From assembly GCA_965116445.1 (NCBI GenBank), contig OZ220688.1, positions 1,675,789 through 1,739,788 on the forward strand: a stretch of 64,000 bases of DNA, in the 5' to 3' direction. A program made the position numbers and the translations under genes. Source of the stretch: Thermoanaerobaculia bacterium (GTDB lineage: Bacteria; Acidobacteriota; Thermoanaerobaculia; Multivoradales; Multivoraceae). Shown here piece by piece: positions 41,334 through 48,536 of this stretch. The first letter of the stretch is position 1. Every line of letters begins with the position of its first letter. The notes beneath the pieces were generated by a model. That model saw only the letters and a program-made list of their open reading frames with translations, searched no databases and was not told the DNA's origin.

Positions 41334-41488
41334 CCCGCGCAGGATATTGAGGTTGTCGCCGGTGTGGATCGCCCGAACCCAATCCTGCGGTCCGTATCTT
41401 GCAGGTGTAATTCCGCCCCCGGCCCCCGGCCCCCGGCCCCCGGCCCCCGGCCCCCGGCCCCCGGCCCCCGGCCCCCGGCCCCCGTCAT
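41315..41488 (-). other. Repeat-containing leader ORF (58 codons, MTGAGGRGPGAGGRGPGAGGRGPGAELHLQ...), out of frame with the methyltransferase
   Basis: ATG 41488..41486 overlaps the transposase TGA (ATGA), with GAGG upstream. It reads through the heptamer tract and stops at 41315, in a different frame (+2) from the MTase. Confidence 0.4.
41414..41483. repeat. Heptanucleotide simple-sequence repeat: (GGCCCCC)x9 perfect (41421..41483) plus one imperfect unit (41414..41420); (GGGGGCC)n on the coding strand
   Basis: Directly visible in the sequence. The 63-bp perfect tract is open in all three frames as Gly/Arg/Pro/Ala. Confidence 0.9.
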
Positions 41489-42519
41489 GCCGTCGCCTCG
41501 CGCGCGCCTGACGCCAAGCCGTTGTCGGCGATCAGGTCGCGGTAGCGGAGGCGCTTGCCCTCCATGTCTTCGGCGAAGCGGTCCAGTTGCTCCGCAGTGT
41601 CGAACTCGCGGACGTTCTGCCGCCAGCCGAACTCGTCCACATACCGCTGCAACTGCTTCGGGCTGAGCTTGTGGAACGTCCCCTTGTGCGCCCGCTTGAG
41701 CATCGACCACAGGGACTCTATGCCGTTCGTGTGGATCCTGCCGTCAACGTACTCGCCGACCGAGTGCTTGACCGTGCCCCGCTCGTAGTCCGTCAGGCCC
41801 CCGTAGGCGCCGGCGTCGTCCGTGTAGACGGTGGAGCCGGGTTCGACGTGCTCGCGGACGAAGGACTGTAGCGTCTCGCCGTCCGTGGAGTGAACGACCT
41901 TGGCGGCTACCTGCTTGGTCTTCCGGTCCTTGACGCCGACGACGGCGGTCTTGCCAGCCGTGCCTCGTCCGGTGAGCTGCTTGCGCTTCTTGGCGTGCAT
42001 GTTCTTCCGCTTCCCGCCGAAGTACGTCTCGTCCGCTTCTACCGGGCCGGGGAACAGGACGGTCGGCCCGTTTGCCTCAAACGCGGCGCGGAGACGCTGC
42101 GCCATGAACCACGCGGTCTTCTGGGTAACGCCCAGGTCGCGGTGCAGCTTCATGCTCGACACACTCTTGAGGCTGGTCGTGAGCAGGAACGTGGCGAGCA
42201 TCCATTTCTGGAAGCCGATCTTCGAGCCTTCCATGACGGTGCCGGTCTTCGCGCTGAACCGCTGGTAGCAGCCCTTCTCGCGGCAGCGGAACGGCATCGT
42301 CTTGTGCTTCGCGCCGGTCTGGACGTTGTGCGATCCACAGGCCGGGCAGGTCGGCCCGTCGGGCCAGCGCCGCTTGACGTACCACGCCTCGGCTGCCGCG
42401 TCGTCCGGGAACATCCGCATCACCTCTACCAGAGTGATGCCCTCCCGGTGCGCCTTGCCCGGTGCCTTGTGCATCGTCGCCATGCACAGAACCTTACAGG
42501 AGAGTGCCGGTGAAGTCAA
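41485..42519 (-). CDS. IS1595 family transposase
   Basis: MHKAPGKAHREGITLVEVMRMFPDDAAAEAWYVKRRWPDGPTCPACGSHNV is the N-terminal zinc-ribbon/HTH typical of IS1595/ISXO2-like transposases, followed by a DDE-type core. The start may be the ATG at 42483. Confidence 0.8.
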   Translation of the reverse strand: MTSPALSCKVLCMATMHKAPGKAHREGITLVEVMRMFPDDAAAEAWYVKRRWPDGPTCPACGSHNVQTGAKHKTMPFRCREKGCYQRFSAKTGTVMEGSKIGFQKWMLATFLLTTSLKSVSSMKLHRDLGVTQKTAWFMAQRLRAAFEANGPTVLFPGPVEADETYFGGKRKNMHAKKRKQLTGRGTAGKTAVVGVKDRKTKQVAAKVVHSTDGETLQSFVREHVEPGSTVYTDDAGAYGGLTDYERGTVKHSVGEYVDGRIHTNGIESLWSMLKRAHKGTFHKLSPKQLQRYVDEFGWRQNVREFDTAEQLDRFAEDMEGKRLRYRDLIADNGLASGAREATA

Positions 42520-42597
42520 GCGACCCAGGGTGGCCGCGAGTACAATGGCTACGAATCGGGGGTCGAGACAGCCCCCACGACAAGGGAGACAAGAAGA

Positions 42598-42887
42598 TGA
42601 CTGAACCGCTGAACGGAGAGCCGCGAAAGTCAGGCACTCAGCCCGGCAACAAGGAGCCTCTGCCGAGACTCAAATCCTCAGTTCGGATCGCCGTCACCTA
42701 CTTCGCGGCTGGCTACCTGTTCGGAGGAAGTCTGTGGTTGGTCTACCTCGAACATACCGGCACAGTCGAGACCGCCACAAAGGATCTGTTCCTCTACACC
42801 GCACCTGTCGCTACGGGTATCCTCACCTACTGGTTCGGGACACGGACTGCGCAGAAGAGCCACGAGCAGGAAGGCGGGAACGGTTAG
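42598..42887 (+). CDS. Small hypothetical membrane protein (2 TM) carried by the element
   Basis: MTEPLNGEPRKSG... with two hydrophobic helices (IAVTYFAAGYLFGGSLWLVYL; LFLYTAPVATGILTYWFG). Low GC. Confidence 0.35.
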
Positions 42888-42953
42888 TACGCCACCGCCA
42901 ATCATGACGGCTGACCCGATCTCATCCACCCAGTCACGTTTCGCGGGCATCGC

Positions 42954-43157
42954 TCACCGCCGCTCCGCTGCCCTGGCCGGTTCCTTGTCGTGTAGGAACC
43001 CCGGCTCGAAGCGCTGGCGTTCCTGCATCAGGTCTTCGAGGTCTTGTTCGATCTCGTCGAGGACGTGCAGCGCTCGGCGCCGGTCGTGTCGGGCTTCGGC
43101 GATCTCCTGGTCCAGCGCGTGCTGGCGTTCACGGTCTCGGCTTCTCAAGCGTCGCAT
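42954..43157 (-). CDS. Small hypothetical charged/coiled protein (67 aa) carried by the element
   Basis: ORF MRRLRSRDRERQHALDQEIAEARHDRRRALHVLDEIEQDLEDLMQERQRFEPGF; vaguely DUF465-like. Weak evidence. Confidence 0.25.
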   Translation of the reverse strand: MRRLRSRDRERQHALDQEIAEARHDRRRALHVLDEIEQDLEDLMQERQRFEPGFLHDKEPARAAERR

Positions 43158-43288
43158 CGGGGATTCTCCCAGAGGTTGTGGTTCTAGCCGTCAATCATAC
43201 CACCGCTTGTAGAGTCAGGTGGGAAGTAGCACGTCCCGCAAAGAGTTGTCTAGCCCTGTTAGGTTCGGCACTCTCGTATATAATCCCC

Positions 43289-43296
43289 TTAGCAAT
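43289..43296. repeat. Target-site duplication, right copy (TTAGCAAT); its last two bases plus the following G form the ATG of the downstream gene
   Basis: Identical to 39850..39857. Confidence 0.7.
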
Positions 43297-44626
43297 GTCC
43301 AACCCTGGCACCCGGACGCAAGCACCGGAAACAGAGCGGGCCTACATCGTGCAACGCGAAGACAATCGAATCTTCTTCACGGAGCGCGTCGATCCCAAGG
43401 CACACGGGCAGTTCATGTGGTGTCTGCACGACTGCCTCGAGAAGGGCTACGAGGACGTCTTTCTGGACCTGTCGCAATGTGAAGCGGCATTTCCGAACGG
43501 TGTGCTGCCGCTGATCGCCAGCATCGACAACCTTCGGCGCGAACACAAGGAGGTGTCGGTGACCCTTCCTGCAAGCGAGTACATTCAACGGCTTTTCCTC
43601 AACACGAATTGGGCCCACCTCCTGGAGCCCGATCGCTATGCGCCAAGCGAAACGTCCCACCCACGTCACGTTCCGGCGAGACGGTTCAACACTGCCGAAC
43701 ACCAACACCGGCTTGTCGGAAAGACACTCAACGTCCTCTTGGGCGGGCTCCCGTCCCTCCAGCGAGACGACCTCTCTGCTCTCGAGTGGTCCATCAACGA
43801 AATCACCGACAACGTTCTGACTCACGCCGACTGCGACCTCGGCGGGATCCTGCAGGTCAGCACTTTCGAGAATGCCGGCAAGGTGGCCGTGGGCGTCACG
43901 GACTCAGGCCGTGGCATCCGCGAATCCCTCCGGGAGAGCCACCGGGAACTGACGGACGACGCCGACGCGATCTACAAGGCTCTCGAGGCGGGCGTTACCC
44001 GGCATTCCGATATCGGCCAAGGCAATGGTATGGCCGGCGCGCTCCGGATCGCCATGATGTCGGGCGGCTCAATCGAGATCACGTCTGGTCGAGCCCAGGT
44101 CAGTTACCGGGACGGGCGGTCGACCACCTTCAGGCGCAGCCGGCGGCAGACCTTCCACGGCACCTTCGTCTACTTCGACATCGATCTAGCCACCCGCTTC
44201 GACCTCTCCGAGGCCCTCGACTTCGGAGGCGGACCTCACCGCCCAGTAGACATAGTGGAGGCACTCTACGAAACAGACGACGGAAGAGCCCTCGCCCTTC
44301 ACCTTCGGGACGAGGAGGTAGGATTCGGGTCCCGAATGGCCGGAAGACAGATACGTACCAAGGCTCTGAACCTGCTGGCCGCAGAGCCGCACAAGCCTCT
44401 TCTCCTGGACTGGGACGGCGTGCCCCTGGTCTCAAGCAGTTTCGCCGACGAGCTTGTCGGCAAACTGTTCGCAACACTCGGCCCACTTACCTTCAGTCTT
44501 CGAGTGCGGAACACCGGAATGCGTCCCGTCGTCCACGGGTTGATCGACAAGGCCATCATGCAACGCGCGGGCCAAACGCTCGCCCGAGCCCGGGAGGAGA
44601 GCGATGCCCCATCCAAGAGTGACTGA
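43295..44626 (+). CDS. GHKL/HATPase_c-family ATP-binding protein with STAS-like flanking domains (C-terminal DUF4325-like)
   Basis: N-box EITDNVLTHA, G1 VTDSGRGI and G2 GQGNGMAGALR motifs of Bergerat-fold ATPases (RsbW/SpoIIAB-like). C-terminal LLLDWDGVPLVSSSFADELVGKL resembles STAS/DUF4325. Lower GC than the flanks. Confidence 0.6.
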   Translation: MSNPGTRTQAPETERAYIVQREDNRIFFTERVDPKAHGQFMWCLHDCLEKGYEDVFLDLSQCEAAFPNGVLPLIASIDNLRREHKEVSVTLPASEYIQRLFLNTNWAHLLEPDRYAPSETSHPRHVPARRFNTAEHQHRLVGKTLNVLLGGLPSLQRDDLSALEWSINEITDNVLTHADCDLGGILQVSTFENAGKVAVGVTDSGRGIRESLRESHRELTDDADAIYKALEAGVTRHSDIGQGNGMAGALRIAMMSGGSIEITSGRAQVSYRDGRSTTFRRSRRQTFHGTFVYFDIDLATRFDLSEALDFGGGPHRPVDIVEALYETDDGRALALHLRDEEVGFGSRMAGRQIRTKALNLLAAEPHKPLLLDWDGVPLVSSSFADELVGKLFATLGPLTFSLRVRNTGMRPVVHGLIDKAIMQRAGQTLARAREESDAPSKSD

Positions 44627-44742
44627 GCAAGGCTGTCCGTAGACGCTTCCTCAACGCTTATGCTGAACGAGAACGATGTGATTCAGGCCTCCGCCTGCTC
44701 CTTGAGGAACAAGGTTGGAAGATCCTCCGGTGTGCTGACACG

Positions 44743-45615
44743 TCACAACGAGGCCCTGACATCGAAGCGGAGAGTGTCTCGTCGGGAGTCCGCTTGGTGG
44801 TCGAAGCCAAGGGAGCAACCACCTCGAGTGAAGCTGGCCGTCGTAACAAAGACACCCTTAGTGGTTCCGGCCGCATCGATTGCGCCTCCGAAGTTGCGCA
44901 GGTCAGACCCGCCCACCGACTTCCCTTCGGCAAACTTCTTGGCTTGGACATACACCGCGTCCAGCCCCAGAGCGTCTTCACGAATCTTGCCGTCGATGCC
45001 GCCGTCGCCCGAGCCCCCGGTAACCTCACCACGGTCCGGGTTTCCGCCTCCATAGCCCAAGGCGATCAGGAGGTCCACGACTACGCGCTCGAAGAAGGCC
45101 GGGTCCTCCTGACGGAGCCGATCGAGGATCTCCACCTCGAGCGCTCCGCTCAACTCAGCCACAGCCGCCTCGAGTCTCTCCTCGGGCGGCTCCTCCACTG
45201 GGGAACGAGTCCCTGCTGCGGCCTCATCGCCGCCGTCGTCTGTCGGGACCGTTGCCTTGGCTCCTCGCCGCGAACTCTGAGCCTTCCAGTCCTTGTACTG
45301 CTGGTCCGCGTTGAGAAAGACAACGTCAACCCGTGAGCCGGCAACCAGGATTCCTCGCCCCTTCTCCGTCAGGCCGTGGTAGCCGCGGCGACTGCCAGCT
45401 ACGAGTCCCGCTCCCTTGAGGTGAGACAGGCTCCAGCTCAGGCGATTGTGGAAGACGGGCTGCCGTCCATTGGCCATCATGACGCTTCGGTCCTTCGTGC
45501 TCAGGCCAGTCGCCGCGGCGACCCGCTCCCGGATCTTGGCCAAGGGAAGTTCCTCGCAGTCAACCAGCGACTCCAGTACCGGCTGCATCAAGTTCGAGTA
45601 ATCCGGAACGGTCAT
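44743..45615 (-). CDS. mrr: Mrr-like Type IV restriction endonuclease (Mrr_N wHTH + Mrr_cat PD-(D/E)xK), possibly C-terminally shortened
   Basis: N-terminus: QPVLESL...GLSTKD...PVFHNRLSWSLSHLKGAGL. Catalytic core: GGSGDGGIDGKIREDALGLDAVYVQAKKF...KGVFVTTASFT, very close to E. coli Mrr. The ORF ends about 20 aa earlier than typical Mrr proteins. Confidence 0.75.
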   Translation of the reverse strand: MTVPDYSNLMQPVLESLVDCEELPLAKIRERVAAATGLSTKDRSVMMANGRQPVFHNRLSWSLSHLKGAGLVAGSRRGYHGLTEKGRGILVAGSRVDVVFLNADQQYKDWKAQSSRRGAKATVPTDDGGDEAAAGTRSPVEEPPEERLEAAVAELSGALEVEILDRLRQEDPAFFERVVVDLLIALGYGGGNPDRGEVTGGSGDGGIDGKIREDALGLDAVYVQAKKFAEGKSVGGSDLRNFGGAIDAAGTTKGVFVTTASFTRGGCSLGFDHQADSRRDTLRFDVRASL

Positions 45616-45671
45616 GGAGTCCTCCGCGAAACCGGGGCAAGCTCACACCTGCGCCGGCGAATCTCGGCACT

Positions 45672-46724
45672 CTACTCCCGCCGCCGCGCCGCCAGCCACT
45701 CCTCCGTCGCCTCCCTGGCCGGGGCCTCCAGCCACGGCAACACACCGAGGTTCCCCTCGCGGGCGGCGGCTTCGATGTCGACGTCGCCGCCGTCGAGGAA
45801 GCGGGCGGCGCGGTAGTAGGCGTCGCCGCCGGTCATAGCGGCGTCGCCGAGTTCGATCAGGTGGCCGGCGAGTTCCCGGGCGCGGCGAAGCCGTGGCGGC
45901 AGCGGGCGGGCGGGCAGAGGTCGCGGCAGACGGTGTTCGAGGCCCGCGGCGGCGGCGGCGGTCCGGAACGCCTCCGTGTCCGGGGGCGAATCGTCGCCGT
46001 GAAACAGCGCGTCGAAGGCCTCCGGCCACGTCGACTGCAGGCGCTCGGCGAGCAGGCGGCGGCTACGGGCGTCCAGGTCAAGAGTCCGCGGAACGACGCG
46101 ACGCGCCCCCGTTGCGGCGAGGCGGGCCATCGCCGGACGGAGGATCGCAGGCTGATCGGTCCAACCGACCACGAGCGGCCAGACAAGGGTCGCGAGCCGG
46201 GCGGGGGCGGTCTCGAATGGCAGGCCGTGCTGGCGACGCTCCCCGGGTTCCTCCAGCAGGACAAGGGCCTGGCGCAGCACGCAGTCCAGCAGGTCGACCG
46301 CGACGACGGCGTTCGCGGGAAGCCAGTCGGCGGCCGCGGCAGGGCCCCGCAGGAACCGCAAACCGCAGGTGGACGCGGTCAGGACGTCCTCCGCCACGAC
46401 CTGGACCACAAGGGGCGCACCGACGGCAGCCGCGGCCCGGACGATCCGTTCGCGAAGCGGCCCGTAGTCCGCCGCCAGGGGCGGAACGTAGACGACGTCG
46501 GTCACCGTCCGCACGCTCAAGGCGGCCTTCTCGGGGTCGAGCAGCGGCCCGGCCGGCGGCGACGACGACAGGCCGCCTGTTGCGAGGTCGCACCAGAGTT
46601 CGTCGCTGTCGCCGGTGGGCCAACAAGAGAAACTGTGACGGATCCAGAGATTTGCCGGCTCAGGGATCTGCTCCCGGAGGCTGACTGGGTTCACGGAGCG
46701 GTTCCAGTTCGAGAGGGCCGTCAA
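45672..46724 (-). CDS. Hypothetical protein (350 aa) with no recognised motif, co-oriented and overlapping the ribE stop
   Basis: Long ORF with an ATGA overlap to ribE, which suggests co-transcription. Ala/Leu/Arg-rich with no motif I can assign. Confidence 0.4.
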   Translation of the reverse strand: MTALSNWNRSVNPVSLREQIPEPANLWIRHSFSCWPTGDSDELWCDLATGGLSSSPPAGPLLDPEKAALSVRTVTDVVYVPPLAADYGPLRERIVRAAAAVGAPLVVQVVAEDVLTASTCGLRFLRGPAAAADWLPANAVVAVDLLDCVLRQALVLLEEPGERRQHGLPFETAPARLATLVWPLVVGWTDQPAILRPAMARLAATGARRVVPRTLDLDARSRRLLAERLQSTWPEAFDALFHGDDSPPDTEAFRTAAAAAGLEHRLPRPLPARPLPPRLRRARELAGHLIELGDAAMTGGDAYYRAARFLDGGDVDIEAAAREGNLGVLPWLEAPAREATEEWLAARRRE

Positions 46725-47392
46725 CGCTTGTTCGAGCCAAGCGCGGCCGCGACCGCGGCCTCGACGGACTTCCGGACGTACCTGGCCAGGACGTCGCCCT
46801 CGACGTTCACGCGGTCTCCGGGCCTGAGCTCCGAGAGGGTCGTCACCTCGAGCGTGTGGGGAATGAGGGCCACATCGAAGGTCTCTTCATCCAGCGCGGC
46901 GATCGTCAGACTGACGCCGTCGATCGTCACACTGCCCTTCTCGACCATCCCCGACGCCAGTTCCCGTGGCGCCTCGAACGTGATGACCCGGTTCTCCCCC
47001 AGCGCCTCGACCTTCGCCACCCGGGTCGTCGTGTCGACGTGTCCCTGCACCCAGTGACCGCCAAGAGGGTCGCCGGCGGCCAGCGGCGGCTCCAGGTTGA
47101 CCCGGTCGCCGGCAGCAAGTGCGCCCAGCGTCGTTCGGCTCAGGGTTTCCGGAGACAGGTCGAAGGCCGACCAGGCCGGAAACGCGCTCTCCGCGCCGGT
47201 ACCTGAAATGCCGCTCGTACCGCCCTGCGTCACCACGGTCAGGCAAACGCCGGCAACCGAGAGGCTGGCGCCCGAACCGAGTCGCGACCCGAGCTCGTCC
47301 GAGTGCCCGACCACCACGCGGGCACCGTGGCTTCGCGAAGCTCCGGGGCCCTCGACTACCCGGCCACGCTCTTGGACAATCCCGGTAAACAT
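46721..47392 (-). CDS. ribE: Riboflavin synthase (alpha chain)
   Basis: MFTGIV N-terminus and two lumazine-binding repeats (GDRVNLE...). Confidence 0.85.
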   Translation of the reverse strand: MFTGIVQERGRVVEGPGASRSHGARVVVGHSDELGSRLGSGASLSVAGVCLTVVTQGGTSGISGTGAESAFPAWSAFDLSPETLSRTTLGALAAGDRVNLEPPLAAGDPLGGHWVQGHVDTTTRVAKVEALGENRVITFEAPRELASGMVEKGSVTIDGVSLTIAALDEETFDVALIPHTLEVTTLSELRPGDRVNVEGDVLARYVRKSVEAAVAAALGSNKR

Positions 47393-48531
47393 CCCTGCCT
47401 GTAGCCTACGAGAATCACGTCCGGGCCGCGCCGGCGCACGCGCAGCCGGTCAAGGCGCCATCCATCCACCAGGTTCTCCGCGCCCGTACCGCCGAGCGGA
47501 CCCGGGGCCTCCGCACCGCCGATCAGGATCGGCGCGCAGCATACGGCGGCACGATCCCAGACGCCGGAGGACGCGAACGCCTCCAGCACCTCGGCGCCTC
47601 CCTCGACGAGAACATTCGCCACTCCTCGGCTCGCCAGGTCTTCCAGCACCGCCGCCGGCTCCACGACCTCGAGCACGACGACCTCGGCGCCCGCCTCGCG
47701 CAGACGGTCACGTCGATCGACCCATTTCGACGCCGCATCCGTCTGGGCGCCCCGCGGCTTCTCCGTATAGACGACGACCGGCCCCTCGACTTCGAACATC
47801 CGCGCCCGTGCGGACAGCCGCAACCGACGATCGAGCACGACCCGCAGGATCGGCCCCTCCGCCCGGTCGAGCCGGCGATTGAGACGCGGATCGTCGGCCA
47901 GGGCGGTGCCGCTGCCCACGACGATCGCCTGGTGATCCTCGCGCAGCTCCAGAGCCCACTCCCTGCCGCGCGGCGACGAGATCCACTGGCTGTCTCCGCT
48001 TGCCGTCGCGATCCGGCCGTCCAGGCTCATCGCCCACTTCAGCGTGACGGCCGGACGCCCATGCGCGAGACGGGTCAGGAAGGGCACGTTCATCTCGATC
48101 GCCCGCTCCGCCAGGAGCCCGCTCTCGACGCGGAGGCCAGCGGCCCGCAGGCGGTCGGCGCCGCCTCCGGTCACCTCCGGGTTCGGATCGCGGTGCGCGA
48201 ACACCACGCGCTCCACGCCGGCTTCCAGGACCGCCCGCGCACAGGGTGGCGTGCGCCCGTGGTGGTTGCAAGGCTCAAGCGTCACGTAGACGGTCGCGCC
48301 GACTGCGAGGTCGCCCGCCTCGGACAGCGCGATCGCCTCCGCGTGCTTTCCCCCGGCACGGCGGTGCCAGCCCGACCCGACAATCTCGCCGTCGCGCACG
48401 ACCACCGCACCGACCATGGGGTTCGGTGCCGTGGTGAAGCGGCCGCGGCGCGCCAGGGCCAGCGCACGGGCCATCGCCGTTCGGTCCGCCTCGTCGAAAC
48501 GATCGACCGCCCCGGCGGCTCCATCGGCCAT
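47356..48531 (-). CDS. ribD: Bifunctional diaminohydroxyphosphoribosylaminopyrimidine deaminase / 5-amino-6-(5-phosphoribosylamino)uracil reductase
   Basis: Start at ATG 48531 (MADGAAGAVD). CMP/dCMP deaminase zinc motifs HAEAIAL and PCNHHGRTPPC, plus a C-terminal RibD reductase domain. Confidence 0.85.
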   Translation of the reverse strand: MADGAAGAVDRFDEADRTAMARALALARRGRFTTAPNPMVGAVVVRDGEIVGSGWHRRAGGKHAEAIALSEAGDLAVGATVYVTLEPCNHHGRTPPCARAVLEAGVERVVFAHRDPNPEVTGGGADRLRAAGLRVESGLLAERAIEMNVPFLTRLAHGRPAVTLKWAMSLDGRIATASGDSQWISSPRGREWALELREDHQAIVVGSGTALADDPRLNRRLDRAEGPILRVVLDRRLRLSARARMFEVEGPVVVYTEKPRGAQTDAASKWVDRRDRLREAGAEVVVLEVVEPAAVLEDLASRGVANVLVEGGAEVLEAFASSGVWDRAAVCCAPILIGGAEAPGPLGGTGAENLVDGWRLDRLRVRRRGPDVILVGYRQGCLPGLSKSVAG

Positions 48532-48536
48532 CGCGC

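Larger units (their letters stand above)
39858..43288. mobile_element. IS1595-family transposon-like element (3431 bp) with passenger genes, bounded by perfect 25-bp terminal inverted repeats GGGGATTATATACGAGAGTGCCGAA
   Basis: IRL 39858..39882 is the exact reverse complement of IRR 43264..43288. It is flanked by an 8-bp TSD, consistent with the IS1595 family. It encodes an IS1595-type transposase plus cargo. Its GC (~55%) is well below the ~70% of the flanks. Confidence 0.7.

Noticed and set aside
40234-41382. Alternative 382-aa minus-strand ORF overlapping the methyltransferase in another frame
   Set aside because: It is low-complexity (Arg/Gly/Pro-rich) and has no motifs. The 40071..41333 frame contains DPPF, FxGxG and HNH motifs and is clearly the coding frame.
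41414-41483. Could the GGCCCCC tract be a CRISPR-like or other array?
   Set aside because: It is a uniform 7-bp microsatellite with no spacers, no repeat-spacer periodicity and no cas genes nearby.
44626-44745. Rescuing a full-length Mrr C-terminus by a frameshift
   Set aside because: Translating the other two frames downstream of ...VFVTTASFTRGG gives no Mrr-like continuation (expected ...IVLIDG..L..LM.EH..G). The short C-terminus is kept as observed and flagged as possibly truncated.
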